From NCBI GenBank assembly GCA_044229845.1, contig JBGASG010000014.1, forward strand, positions 9,047 to 73,046: DNA of 64,000 nucleotides, read 5' to 3'. Within the stretch, counting starts at the first letter, position 1; each line of letters starts with the position of its first letter. The DNA comes from Candidatus Obscuribacteraceae bacterium. Lineage in GTDB: Bacteria; Cyanobacteriota; Vampirovibrionia; Obscuribacterales; Obscuribacteraceae. The notes below the pieces were generated by a model, which saw nothing but the letters and a program-made list of their open reading frames with translations, was not told the origin of the DNA and searched no databases. Shown here piece after piece: positions 18,955 to 28,703 of the stretch. The translations under genes were made by a program, and so were the position numbers.

Positions 18955-20520
18955 GTGAAACTTTTAATTTTTATAGTCGCATACAATGCGGAGAAGACAA
19001 TCACGTCAGTCCTTCGCCGCATTCCAGCCTCGCTGATGGAAGAACATGAGACAGAGGTATTGATCATCGACGATGCTTCGGCCGACAGCACGTTTGAGAC
19101 AGCCAACCACTTCAAAGCCCAAGAAGAGGGCGAATTCCCCTTCAGGCTGACGGTGCTTGCAAATCCGGTCAATCAAGGATACGGCGGCAACCAAAAACTG
19201 GGCTTTCTGTACGCCATTCGCAACGGCTTCGATGCCGTTGCTCTCGTGCATGGAGACGGGCAATACGCTCCTGAGGCATTGCCTATGCTCGTGCGTCCGA
19301 TCGCAGAAGGACACGCCGATGCTGTCTTTGGATCGCGAATGATGACGGCGCTAGGCGCATTGAGAGGTGGAATGCCGCTCTACAAGTACGTCGGAAACCG
19401 GATTCTCACTACATTCCAGAACGTAGTGCTCGGGCACCATCTCAGTGAATATCATTCAGGCTACCGAATCTACAGCACGTCCGCACTTAAAAGAATTCCC
19501 TTCGAATTGAATTCTAATGTTTTCCATTTCGACACCGAGATCATTATCCAGTTGATTTTCGCGAAGCTCAGAATCAAGGAGCTGTCCATCCCGACTTATT
19601 ACGGTGATGAAATATGTCACGTGAATGGCTTGCGATATGCGTGGGAGGTTTTCATCGCCACCATGGTGGCACGCCTGCAATCCTATTGCCTACTTTACCG
19701 AGCGCGATTCGACGTACAGCCTACACAAGTTGAAAGCCATTATGAGGCAAAACTTGATTTCGACAGTCCCCACACCAGAGCCATACAGGCTGTGCCGTCT
19801 GGGGCGGTGGTCGCAGACCTGGGATGCGCTTCGGGGTATGTCAGTGCTCCGCTCAAGAAAAAGAACTGTACGGTTATCGGCATCGATCAGTTTGACGCGT
19901 CGCAAAGCGGGACTTTCGATCAATTCGTTCAGCATGATTTGAACGAAGACCATCTGCCAAGCGAGATTCAAAACGCAGATCACGTTCTAATGCTAGATAT
20001 CATCGAGCATCTTCTGTCTCCCGAGAAGTTCTTGCGCAAGCTGTCTGCCGCAAGCAGTCCGGAAACGACCGTCATAATCTCCACTCCCAACATCGCGTTT
20101 ATAGTCGTCAGATTGATGCTGTTGATTGGCCAGTTCAACTACGGAAAGAAAGGCATTCTGGACTTGACGCACACGCGGCTATTTACTTTCGCAAGTTTGA
20201 AAGCCGTCTTGGAAGGAAACGGCTTCAGAGTCTTGAGCATGGATGGGATTCCGGCACCGGTGCCGATGGTTGTGAAAAACGCTTCTCTTGCGGCGCTGCT
20301 GCTACGCGTCAACCAAGTGCTGATAGCCCTCGCGCCCGGCTTGTTCTCTTATCAAATTTTCGCGCTTGCTAAACCGATTCCATCTATCAGCTGGCTCCTG
20401 GACCAGACTAACGATTACTCCAGCCAGCGCGCAGCCCTAAGTCCCGAGACTCTCGAGAGTCTGCAAGCTCACGCAAGCAACAACCTGCAAGTACTGCAAC
20501 CTACCGCTAAACAAGGCTAG
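18955..20520 (+). CDS. Fusion: DPM-synthase-like GT2 plus class I SAM methyltransferase
   Basis: IIDDASAD, NQGYGGNQK, HGDGQY, GSRM, SEYHSGYRIY, FDTEII, IPTYYGDE; C-terminal DLGCASG, LDIIEHL, STPN, GILDLTH. Confidence 0.88.
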   Translation: MKLLIFIVAYNAEKTITSVLRRIPASLMEEHETEVLIIDDASADSTFETANHFKAQEEGEFPFRLTVLANPVNQGYGGNQKLGFLYAIRNGFDAVALVHGDGQYAPEALPMLVRPIAEGHADAVFGSRMMTALGALRGGMPLYKYVGNRILTTFQNVVLGHHLSEYHSGYRIYSTSALKRIPFELNSNVFHFDTEIIIQLIFAKLRIKELSIPTYYGDEICHVNGLRYAWEVFIATMVARLQSYCLLYRARFDVQPTQVESHYEAKLDFDSPHTRAIQAVPSGAVVADLGCASGYVSAPLKKKNCTVIGIDQFDASQSGTFDQFVQHDLNEDHLPSEIQNADHVLMLDIIEHLLSPEKFLRKLSAASSPETTVIISTPNIAFIVVRLMLLIGQFNYGKKGILDLTHTRLFTFASLKAVLEGNGFRVLSMDGIPAPVPMVVKNASLAALLLRVNQVLIALAPGLFSYQIFALAKPIPSISWLLDQTNDYSSQRAALSPETLESLQAHASNNLQVLQPTAKQG

Positions 20521-20525
20521 TCGAA

Positions 20526-22484
20526 ATGGCTGTCCTATCAGATCGCAAAGATGCTCCGAAATCCCAGCCGGCTGCTTCGCCCACGCTGGGCGCAAAGGGT
20601 ACCAGTTTTCCTTCACTTGCCGGCTTAAGTTCAGCCTTCCGCAGCAAAACTCTCGCACGGCTGCTGACCAGCGACTGGTTTGCGCTGTTGATGCTGCTGG
20701 CGCTGCAACTCAGGCTGATGTGGGGCATTTGGGATTTCAAAGACATCTCGCTGGGAGATTCGCCATCGTATTTCCAGCTGGCTTCTGAGGGGCTCGAAAG
20801 CCATCGGGTTCACTTTGCCTGGTCACCACTTTACACCATAACTGGTGCGGTACTGCTTCACTTCCAGAACCATCCGCTGATGTTTACGACAGGTATGCGG
20901 TTGATACTGGTGGCACTCATCACCACCATGGTTTTCTCAATCATGCGCCGGTTGCTCCCACTGCCGGCGGCATGGTTGGCCTCCGCATGGTTCGCCAGCC
21001 TGCCCATATACTTCGACACTCTTTACGAAGTCCATCTGTTTGGCTGTTTGCCGACCCTGAGCGCCTGGCTCATTCTGCTCACCTTTCCGGGACGGTGGGG
21101 ACGCGGAATCGCTTTGGCAACTTTTGCCCTCGGGGCATGTCTCATACGCAATGAGCTGTCGATTCCATGTGCTATCTTCGGGACGTGTGTACTTGTGTAC
21201 GAACTCCTCCAGTACAGAGAGCTGAGACGCACAGACAAGCTATCGAACCGCTCCATCACCGGTTCGCGGCTACCAGGACTCTTGATACCGTATTTGGTAC
21301 CGCTTTTGGTCAGCGCGACGATTGTGGGAATCGTCTATGAGCGCTCGACCGCACACTTCCCACTGCTGTCAAAGCATTTCAAAATCAAGCACACTCTTAA
21401 CGTCTGCCAAATTTATGCTGCCAACTACCAGCAGCGTCATCCTGAGTGGACAAATGATCCCTGGACCGGCTATTCCGAACTCATGAAATCGACATTCGGG
21501 AAAGTACACGTGACCATGGGCGAGGCGATAGCGCGCAACCCGCGGGCAATGCTCGACTATTTTGCCTGGAACTCACACCTGATACCATCCGGACTGCAGG
21601 TTCTTCTGTTCAACGCTGCTTCCGGGAAGGACAACCCAGACTATGCTCAGGTCATCGTCGACGCTCCAAAAGCCATCACATTATCTTGTCTGGTCCTGGC
21701 AGCGTTGCTTTCAGGGGCGATCAAAATCTCGCAAGAATTGCCCGACGTAAAACAATGGCTCATAGATAGGCAGCGTTATTTTTGCGTGCTGGCCATGACT
21801 GCGAGCGCTTGTTGCTCGTTGTTTGTAATGCTGATGCAGCGTCCACGCCCGTCCTATATTCTTACTTTGGGAGTTTCAATCATTGCTCTGACAGCTTTCT
21901 GTTGCTGGCGCCTAGTTCGTAATCTCAAGTTACAACTGCCGGCCGCAATGCTTCCGACGGTGATGATTTGGATGGTAGTGTTCGCCCCGCCTTACTATGC
22001 GATGCTTAGCGCCAATCGCCGTGTCATGTTCGACTATTACACGTTTCTCGTCCCTTTCAAGCCATTATTCAAGCAGACTCAGGGCGCTATCGTGTTGCCT
22101 GACCACGGCATCGATATGGCTCTCTACGTGATAGGCGGCAAAGCCTGTGATCAATTCAAATATTGGCGCTCATTTTCTTCGCTGGGCGGTACGCCGAAAA
22201 GCGCCACCCAAATTTGCAACACTCTGGATAAAGAGTTCGCAAATTACGTGCTCTTCGCAGAAGACAACATCGATCAGCCGTCTGTCTCGGATTTCATGCG
22301 TAGAGCAAACTCCAAAGGCTGGAGAAATATCGGATTGCAGCGCACGCCGGGAAAGAGGTTTGCTCTCTTCCAGCGGATTGAGCCCGTCAACTTGTTTGTT
22401 TCTGCACCGGCAAAAAACACTCCCGTGAAAGCCGGTTCTGGCGCACCCAGAGATCCTGCGTCCAACCGGGCCGGGCAGCTATGA
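20526..22484 (+). CDS. Polytopic membrane protein, putative GT-C-like glycosyltransferase (distinct family)
   Basis: Multiple TM segments; GDSPSY in first loop, WSPLY, IRNE; large loop; follows the GT2-MTase gene. Confidence 0.6.
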   Translation: MAVLSDRKDAPKSQPAASPTLGAKGTSFPSLAGLSSAFRSKTLARLLTSDWFALLMLLALQLRLMWGIWDFKDISLGDSPSYFQLASEGLESHRVHFAWSPLYTITGAVLLHFQNHPLMFTTGMRLILVALITTMVFSIMRRLLPLPAAWLASAWFASLPIYFDTLYEVHLFGCLPTLSAWLILLTFPGRWGRGIALATFALGACLIRNELSIPCAIFGTCVLVYELLQYRELRRTDKLSNRSITGSRLPGLLIPYLVPLLVSATIVGIVYERSTAHFPLLSKHFKIKHTLNVCQIYAANYQQRHPEWTNDPWTGYSELMKSTFGKVHVTMGEAIARNPRAMLDYFAWNSHLIPSGLQVLLFNAASGKDNPDYAQVIVDAPKAITLSCLVLAALLSGAIKISQELPDVKQWLIDRQRYFCVLAMTASACCSLFVMLMQRPRPSYILTLGVSIIALTAFCCWRLVRNLKLQLPAAMLPTVMIWMVVFAPPYYAMLSANRRVMFDYYTFLVPFKPLFKQTQGAIVLPDHGIDMALYVIGGKACDQFKYWRSFSSLGGTPKSATQICNTLDKEFANYVLFAEDNIDQPSVSDFMRRANSKGWRNIGLQRTPGKRFALFQRIEPVNLFVSAPAKNTPVKAGSGAPRDPASNRAGQL

Positions 22485-24208
22485 AGACAGCGCCAGAACC
22501 GACCGCCGCAAACTGCCAGACTGCAACTTTTCCTTCAGCGACCACGTCCGGTATTCAGCAAGAGAATTGGAAGTGGCAAAACTTCGCCAGTCCGGCGCTA
22601 TTTGTTTGCCTGGGAGTGGCGCTGATCTGTATTGTGGGGCAAATCGGCTACCACGTCCAAACTCTGCACTTCGCCCACTATTCGTACATATATGATCCAG
22701 TTTCCTACATGTATATGAACGCAAAAACGTATTTGCGGCTTCAAGATCAGGGACTGATTAACACCATCGGTTACGAGTTGCAGAAAAGTTGCTACCCGTG
22801 GCGCACTATTCCATTGTTGCTCGTGGCACCAGGTCTTCTGGCAAAGCCACTTGGGCACATGGCCACAAGCCTGCCCCTAATGGGCTTCTTTGCCGCTCTG
22901 CTTGGCTGGACATCATATCGATTCGGCGGCAGCCGCTGGTACGCAGCCGCCGCAATGTTTGTCTTACTTGCTATTCCGGGTTTGTTCGATACCAAATTCG
23001 GGGTCGGACAAAATTGGCTGGACTTCGCGTCAGCCTGGACGGTGGGAGTGTGTTACCTGTGCGCACTCAATCATGAGCGAACCCTGAAAACGAGATGGCT
23101 TGTCTTGGCGGCAATAGCACTTACTCTGGGAGCGTGGTGCCGCTATGTCAGTTGCGTCTATGCTGTTTTAATTTGCGGACCGATGCTGGGATACAACTGG
23201 GTAACAGCGTGGCGCAGCCGAAGGCTAACTGCAAGCGCCACCGGCAAGCAAGTATTGACTCTTGTGCTGTCCACGGTCTTGCTCGCAGGTCCATTTGCAG
23301 TCAGCAGATTTGCCGGCATGTATGTCCGATACACAGAGGTAGGCTACGGACTCAACCAGACCGTTGAAGCAGCCTACATCGGGTTGAGCAGTGTCTTGCT
23401 GACAGCGCTTCTCACTGTGCCCTTTATCGCGTTCGTTGCCACCATCGCGCTGGCGATTCTTCTACTTACTCAGTTTCGCGTTACGGCTAGTTTGCTTGTA
23501 AATCGTGTGTGGCCAGTGGTGTCCGTGCCGCTTTTGCTTGTACTGGTGCTGCGAGCTCCCCAGAACGGCTATGTATTGTGGCATGAAATTCCTGTCCTAA
23601 TCGCGGCAGTAGTTGTTCCTTTGGGAGCGGTCAAGCACAGCCCCATCGTGCCTCGCATTCTGGCAACAGCAGTACTGGTGGGGACATCAGTGCTCTCCTG
23701 GAACAACATTCACCATCACTTGGAGACAGCCGCACATCCATCACTGGACGTTGCTGAGCTGAAACTTTTAGATCGGCAATTGGCTGATGAGATAGTCAAG
23801 CTTCCTGCCAATTCAACCTGGTCTCCATTTTTTGCCGAGTACCACGTAATACCAAATATGGTGGCATTCTATTCCGACCATAGACTGGCAAGCATTCCAG
23901 AGCCGGGACTCTTTACCGAGCACAAAGCATTCTGGGTGCAAGATTATAAAACAGACAATCCAGCCGTCATCAGCGCGCGTGTTCTGCAAGGTCTCGAGGC
24001 AAACTGCGCAATGGCTGTCGTCTACGATTCGCCGGAATTTATCGACCGCGCCCAGCAATTAGCTATCTTAGACAACGCGATCAGCATCGAAGTTTCGCGC
24101 CAAGTACTCAAGCACCTCGCTGGCAATCACAATTGGCAAAAAACATCTACGATTAATACCAAACGATTCGGGACGTTGGCAATTTACACGCGGAAAGACG
24201 GCCGGTAA
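22481..24208 (+). CDS. Polytopic membrane protein, putative GT-C-fold glycosyltransferase (paralogue 5, most diverged)
   Basis: HYSYIYDPVSY, PWRTIPLLLVAP, GHM, GLFDTKFGVGQNWLD, FGTLAIY. Confidence 0.65.
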   Translation: MKTAPEPTAANCQTATFPSATTSGIQQENWKWQNFASPALFVCLGVALICIVGQIGYHVQTLHFAHYSYIYDPVSYMYMNAKTYLRLQDQGLINTIGYELQKSCYPWRTIPLLLVAPGLLAKPLGHMATSLPLMGFFAALLGWTSYRFGGSRWYAAAAMFVLLAIPGLFDTKFGVGQNWLDFASAWTVGVCYLCALNHERTLKTRWLVLAAIALTLGAWCRYVSCVYAVLICGPMLGYNWVTAWRSRRLTASATGKQVLTLVLSTVLLAGPFAVSRFAGMYVRYTEVGYGLNQTVEAAYIGLSSVLLTALLTVPFIAFVATIALAILLLTQFRVTASLLVNRVWPVVSVPLLLVLVLRAPQNGYVLWHEIPVLIAAVVVPLGAVKHSPIVPRILATAVLVGTSVLSWNNIHHHLETAAHPSLDVAELKLLDRQLADEIVKLPANSTWSPFFAEYHVIPNMVAFYSDHRLASIPEPGLFTEHKAFWVQDYKTDNPAVISARVLQGLEANCAMAVVYDSPEFIDRAQQLAILDNAISIEVSRQVLKHLAGNHNWQKTSTINTKRFGTLAIYTRKDGR

Positions 24209-24327
24209 GTCAATTCACTAACCGCATCTCATAAGCCAGCCGTCTAATCGTGGTACCCTTGACTGCCCGGCGCGGTCCTTAGTCGGTCGGCGCCGGTAAG
24301 TGGAACCAAACTCATTGGAACCATCTA

Positions 24328-25107
24328 ATGAATTCAGCTACAGCTGACAATGTGGGCTTCGATCCCTCGCATTTTGCCAGGCTCGCTCGTGCGGAGGCTG
24401 GCAATTTCTGGTTTCGTGCCCGCAACAGGTTGATTCTGTGGTCGGTGGAAAAATTCGCCCCGTCAGCGGAAAATTTTCTGGAAATTGGCTGCGGCACGGG
24501 TTTTGTGTTGCAAGCGATTGCCGAGCGCTTTCCGAATATGTCGCTTTCCGGCAGCGAGCTGTTTGCAGAAGGACTGCCTTTCGCCTCAAAAAGAATTCCA
24601 CAAGCTAGTCTGCGGACGCTGGACGCCAAACAGCTCGACATCGAAAATGAGTTCGATGCCATCGGCGCTTTTGATGTAATCGAACACATCGACAACGATG
24701 TTCTGGTGCTGTCAAACTTGCATAAAGCCCTGAGAATAGATGGGCACCTCTTCATAAATGTCCCTCAGCACCAATTTCTCTGGAGTCAATCGGACGAGAT
24801 CGCCTGCCACTGCCGGCGATACGAACGCCAAGATCTTGTGAAGAAACTCGAATACGCCGGTTTTACAGTGGTCTTTGCCACATCCTTCGTAGCGCTCTTG
24901 CTGCCGATGATGCTCGTCTCGCGCTGGTGGTCAAATAATGTAGACCGCAGCCAATCCGTGCTTTCGGAGTTGGAGATGCGCGGTCCGCTGAACTTTCTGC
25001 TGGAGCAAATTTTGAACTTAGAGCTCGCGCTGGTTCGACTGGGCGTTCGTTGGCCCATGGGCGGCTCACTATATGTGGTGGCACGAAAGCAGAGGACCAG
25101 TCTGTGA
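24328..25107 (+). CDS. Class I SAM-dependent methyltransferase
   Basis: NFWFRARN, LEIGCGTG, FDVIEHI, VPQHQFLWSQSD...HCRRY. Confidence 0.9.
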   Translation: MNSATADNVGFDPSHFARLARAEAGNFWFRARNRLILWSVEKFAPSAENFLEIGCGTGFVLQAIAERFPNMSLSGSELFAEGLPFASKRIPQASLRTLDAKQLDIENEFDAIGAFDVIEHIDNDVLVLSNLHKALRIDGHLFINVPQHQFLWSQSDEIACHCRRYERQDLVKKLEYAGFTVVFATSFVALLLPMMLVSRWWSNNVDRSQSVLSELEMRGPLNFLLEQILNLELALVRLGVRWPMGGSLYVVARKQRTSL

Positions 25108-26093
25108 CGACTCTCGATGCCACAACGCCGTCAGCGCTTTGTCGCTGGAAGATGCTGCCCTTTGCCGCATCCAAAGAATGCCTGACTGAATTTAGCGAAA
25201 AGCTCTCCGGCAAAACCATCCGATTGACCGAAAACCCCAACGACTGGTGTGCGGGACTACGCTCTCTTACCTGGGAAACCGAATTTTTTGGATTCGCCAG
25301 CGGTCGCCTGGAGCCTTACATCCCGCCTACAGAACAAGATTTAAATCAGCCCGAGAGAGCAGCGCAATTCGCACTCAAGTGCAAACAAGAGGCGGCGCTA
25401 GCCAATCTCGCTCACGTCTCGGTACAGGTCCACGCATCTGACACGATTGCTCATCGTGGACTTCAGCAACAAGGCTTTTGCTTAGCTGACACGATAGTCG
25501 AGTACCGCAAGAATTTGATGCTAGAAGCGCTTCCTGAGCCGGAGATTGATATAACGGTGGCAACTGAAGACGACCGCGGCGCGCTGGCCAGAATCTCGGG
25601 AGAGTGTTTTAGCAGAGTTGACTTGAATGCCAATCGCTTTCTAAACGATCCCATTTTCCCAATAGCCAAAGTATCCGAAATGTACAGTCTATGGGCAACT
25701 CGTTCCTTAGACAAAGTGCTTGCGGACGAGGTATTGGTACACAGAAAAGATGGCGAAGCGGTGGGTTTCATAACCGTTTCTTTGCCGGGCAAATCAAATG
25801 ATTTTACCGGCTCAATACCGCTCAATGCGGTTGCTCCGACCTTTCACGGACAGGGAATCTACACAGAGTTAGTCAAAGCAGCCATGTTGTGGCTGCGCTC
25901 GCGCGATGCTCAGTATGTAGAAATCAGAACTCAGCTGCCTAATCAGGGCGTGCACAAAGCCTGGTCCAAGCTGGGAGCTTCATTCAGCATGGCCTTCCAC
26001 ACGTTTCACCTGAACTTGAGTAGCGCGCCGATAGACTTGGTAAGCCAAACCAGGAATGACGCATCTCCCACAAGCCAGACTGGGAGTAAGTGA
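25104..26093 (+). CDS. GNAT acetyltransferase, WecD-like (TDP-4-amino-sugar N-acetyltransferase)
   Basis: LTWETEFFG, NRFLNDP, MYSLW, NAVAPTFHGQGI, RTQLPN; GTG 25104 overlaps upstream TGA. Confidence 0.75.
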   Translation: MTTLDATTPSALCRWKMLPFAASKECLTEFSEKLSGKTIRLTENPNDWCAGLRSLTWETEFFGFASGRLEPYIPPTEQDLNQPERAAQFALKCKQEAALANLAHVSVQVHASDTIAHRGLQQQGFCLADTIVEYRKNLMLEALPEPEIDITVATEDDRGALARISGECFSRVDLNANRFLNDPIFPIAKVSEMYSLWATRSLDKVLADEVLVHRKDGEAVGFITVSLPGKSNDFTGSIPLNAVAPTFHGQGIYTELVKAAMLWLRSRDAQYVEIRTQLPNQGVHKAWSKLGASFSMAFHTFHLNLSSAPIDLVSQTRNDASPTSQTGSK

Positions 26094-26320
26094 TGAAGAG
26101 CCTGAGCGTGGCTATTCCAGCCTACCTGAGTCAAGATAGCCTACCCGATTTGGTCAACGAGTTGGCGCGTTTTCTGCCCCCTATTACTTCCGAGTTTGAG
26201 GTGACTGTCGTAGATAACGCCAGTCCCGATAAGGACCTCGTCGGTTGTGCAAGAATTTGCGGCAGCAAATCGTCCCGGGGATCCGAACCGCCACACAAAA
26301 TCGAGATGGATGCCACATAA
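26090..26320 (+). pseudogene. Truncated, frameshifted GT2 N-terminal fragment
   Basis: SLSVAIPAY...FEVTVVDNASPD parallels the start of the next GT2; similarity continues in another frame (TSSVVQEFAAAN) then stops. Confidence 0.7.
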
Positions 26321-27477
26321 TGACGCCAGATCAAAAAAGCAACACCCACATCTCCCATGCAATGCCTCCCTATGCGGTGAGCGCGGGTCTGCCGGCAGGC
26401 GCGCCACTGCGCAGTACAGACACGGAAGCGGGCACGCTGGATGCGAGCGGCCGCACCAGTATCAGTATCATCATCCCCGCCTACAACAGCGAAGCCAGCT
26501 TACCGCCTTTGATTGAGCGCCTGGCGGCAGTAATGCCTGCGATTGCACCGGTTTTTGAAGTGATCATCGTTGATGATGGCAGCCGCGACCGTTCTTGGTC
26601 AGTGATCTCGCAACTGGCATCGCACATGAGTTTTATCCGCTCTTTCAAGCTGATGCGTAACTTCGGACAACACAATGCGCTGCTGTGCGGTATCAGAAAT
26701 GCTTGGGGTGATGTGATTGTCACCATGGACGATGACTTGCAGCACCATCCAGAAAGCATCGAGACCCTGCTACGCCAGTTAGAACTGGGTTCTGATGTCG
26801 TTTACGGCTATCCGGAAAATCTCAAACATGGATTTTTACGCAATCTCGCTTCTGAGATCACCAAAGCCGTTCTTCAGAAAGCGATGGGAGCCGGCACCGC
26901 CAGACACATTAGCCCGTTTCGCGCCTTTCGCAGCGAGTTACGGGAGGCTTTCGCCGAACACGGCGGTCCGTTCGTAAACATCGATGTGTTGTTGAGCTGG
27001 TCCACTACCAATTTTAGCTACGTCCTTGTACCACATTCCCAAAGGGTCTGCGGCAAGTCAAGCTATACATTTTGGAAACTGGTCACACATGCCGTCAACA
27101 TGCTCACAGGATTCAGCATTCTGCCACTACAGCTAGCCACGATTTACGGCTTCATCTGCATGGCTTTCGGACTTCTGGCTCTCGCCTACGTCTTCGCCCG
27201 CTACTTCCTGGAAGGAGGTTCGGTTGCTGGCTTTCCCTTCCTGGCATCAATTATCATCATCTTCTCTGGTGCGCAACTTCTAACCCTGGGTATCATTGGG
27301 GAATACCTGGCTCGCATGTACGTGCGTATGTCAAACAGACCGGCGTATGTGGTGAAAAAGTCATCGACAACCGTCGCGGCACTACAGGCAGTGTCAAACG
27401 TCCAGCCGGGCGACCGAGTCCCGCCAATCAGAAACTTGCATGCTCAACAGCCAGACGCTAGTTTACTATCCAAATGA
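26320..27477 (+). CDS. ArnC/GtrB-like polyprenyl-phosphate glycosyltransferase (GT2, two C-terminal TMs)
   Basis: IIIPAYN, VDDGSRD, RNFGQHNALLCG, MDDDLQH, GIIGEYLARMY; start uncertain. Confidence 0.9.
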   Translation: MTPDQKSNTHISHAMPPYAVSAGLPAGAPLRSTDTEAGTLDASGRTSISIIIPAYNSEASLPPLIERLAAVMPAIAPVFEVIIVDDGSRDRSWSVISQLASHMSFIRSFKLMRNFGQHNALLCGIRNAWGDVIVTMDDDLQHHPESIETLLRQLELGSDVVYGYPENLKHGFLRNLASEITKAVLQKAMGAGTARHISPFRAFRSELREAFAEHGGPFVNIDVLLSWSTTNFSYVLVPHSQRVCGKSSYTFWKLVTHAVNMLTGFSILPLQLATIYGFICMAFGLLALAYVFARYFLEGGSVAGFPFLASIIIIFSGAQLLTLGIIGEYLARMYVRMSNRPAYVVKKSSTTVAALQAVSNVQPGDRVPPIRNLHAQQPDASLLSK

Positions 27478-28649
27478 ATTACAAAATTCCATTCAACAAA
27501 CCGCAATTTGTCGGCAGTGAACAAGAATACATAGCGCAAGCCATGAAGCTGGGCAAAGTATCGGGGGATGGCGAGTTTACGCGTCGGTGTAGCGAGCGCC
27601 TCGAGATGCTAGTCGGTGCCAAGAAAGCTCTACTGACGACAAATTGCACCCACGCGTTAGAAATGTCGGCAATCTTGCTCGACATTCTTCCCGGCGACGA
27701 GGTGATTATCCCATCGTTTACATTTGTCTCTACCGTCAATGCTTTTGTACTGCGCGGCGCCAAACCAGTTTTCATCGATGTACGCCCTGACACTCTAAAC
27801 ATGGACGAGAGGTTGCTTGAGGGTCTGATTACACCGAGGACACGAGCGATCGTGCCTGTCCACTACGCCGGTGTTGCATGCGAAATGGACACCATCATGG
27901 CAATTGCGACAAATCATGGGATTGCCGTAGTTGAGGACAATGCGCACGGACTTTTCGGTAAATACAGAGGAAGAAACCTGGGCACCTTCGGACGCCTATC
28001 CACGCAAAGCTTTCACGAAACTAAAAATATCCATTGCGGCGAGGGCGGCGCCTTACTAATAAATGATCAGTCGCTGATCGAGCGGGCTGAGATAATTCGC
28101 GAAAAGGGCACCAATCGCAGCCGCTTTTTCCGGGGACAGGTCGATAAGTACACATGGGTGGACTTGGGCTCCAGTTACTTGCCGTCAGATATGTTGGCCG
28201 CTTTTCTGTACGCCCAGCTCGAAAAATTTGACGTGATTCAGTCAGCCAGAAAGAAAATCTGGAGGCGTTACGAGAGCGAGCTGGCTGGCTGGGTTCATGG
28301 CATTGGAGCAACCATGCCGACTATACCGGTTTATTGCGAACAGCCATTTCACATGTTCTACCTGCTGATGCCGTCTCTGGCTGCAAGACAGGCGCTGATT
28401 GCTCACATGCGAGAGCTTGGTATTCTGGCTGTCTACCACTATATTCCTCTGCACTCATCCGAGATGGGCACTAAATACGGTGCAAAACCAGAAGATTGCC
28501 CCGTCACTAGCGACATCAGCGAGCGCCTGGTACGCTTGCCTCTCTATCATGGCTTGACCGATGAAGAGCAAGAAGCGGTGATTAGCGCCATCCAAGCATT
28601 TGATTGCCGCTCGCTATTAGCGCAGCCTAAGAAGATCAGCACTGCATAA
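27474..28649 (+). CDS. rffA: dTDP-4-amino-4,6-dideoxygalactose transaminase
   Basis: IPFNKP, CTHALEM, SFTFVST, PVHYAG, SFHETKN, CGEGG, REKGTNRSRFFRGQVDKYTW, GSSYLPS, HYIPLH. Confidence 0.92.
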   Translation: MNYKIPFNKPQFVGSEQEYIAQAMKLGKVSGDGEFTRRCSERLEMLVGAKKALLTTNCTHALEMSAILLDILPGDEVIIPSFTFVSTVNAFVLRGAKPVFIDVRPDTLNMDERLLEGLITPRTRAIVPVHYAGVACEMDTIMAIATNHGIAVVEDNAHGLFGKYRGRNLGTFGRLSTQSFHETKNIHCGEGGALLINDQSLIERAEIIREKGTNRSRFFRGQVDKYTWVDLGSSYLPSDMLAAFLYAQLEKFDVIQSARKKIWRRYESELAGWVHGIGATMPTIPVYCEQPFHMFYLLMPSLAARQALIAHMRELGILAVYHYIPLHSSEMGTKYGAKPEDCPVTSDISERLVRLPLYHGLTDEEQEAVISAIQAFDCRSLLAQPKKISTA

Positions 28650-28703
28650 CACCCGAGCCTGAATTCGGGAATTCGAGTACCATAGCGCTGGTCACCAAAG
28701 CGC

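Noticed and set aside
25104..28649. Enterobacterial common antigen cluster
   Set aside because: Only WecD/WecE-like genes are present; WecA/B/C/F/G, WzxE and WzyE were not recognised
28652..28668. Rho-independent terminator between convergent rffA and neuD-like genes
   Set aside because: Only a weak 5-bp stem (CCCGA/TCGGG) with no U-tract
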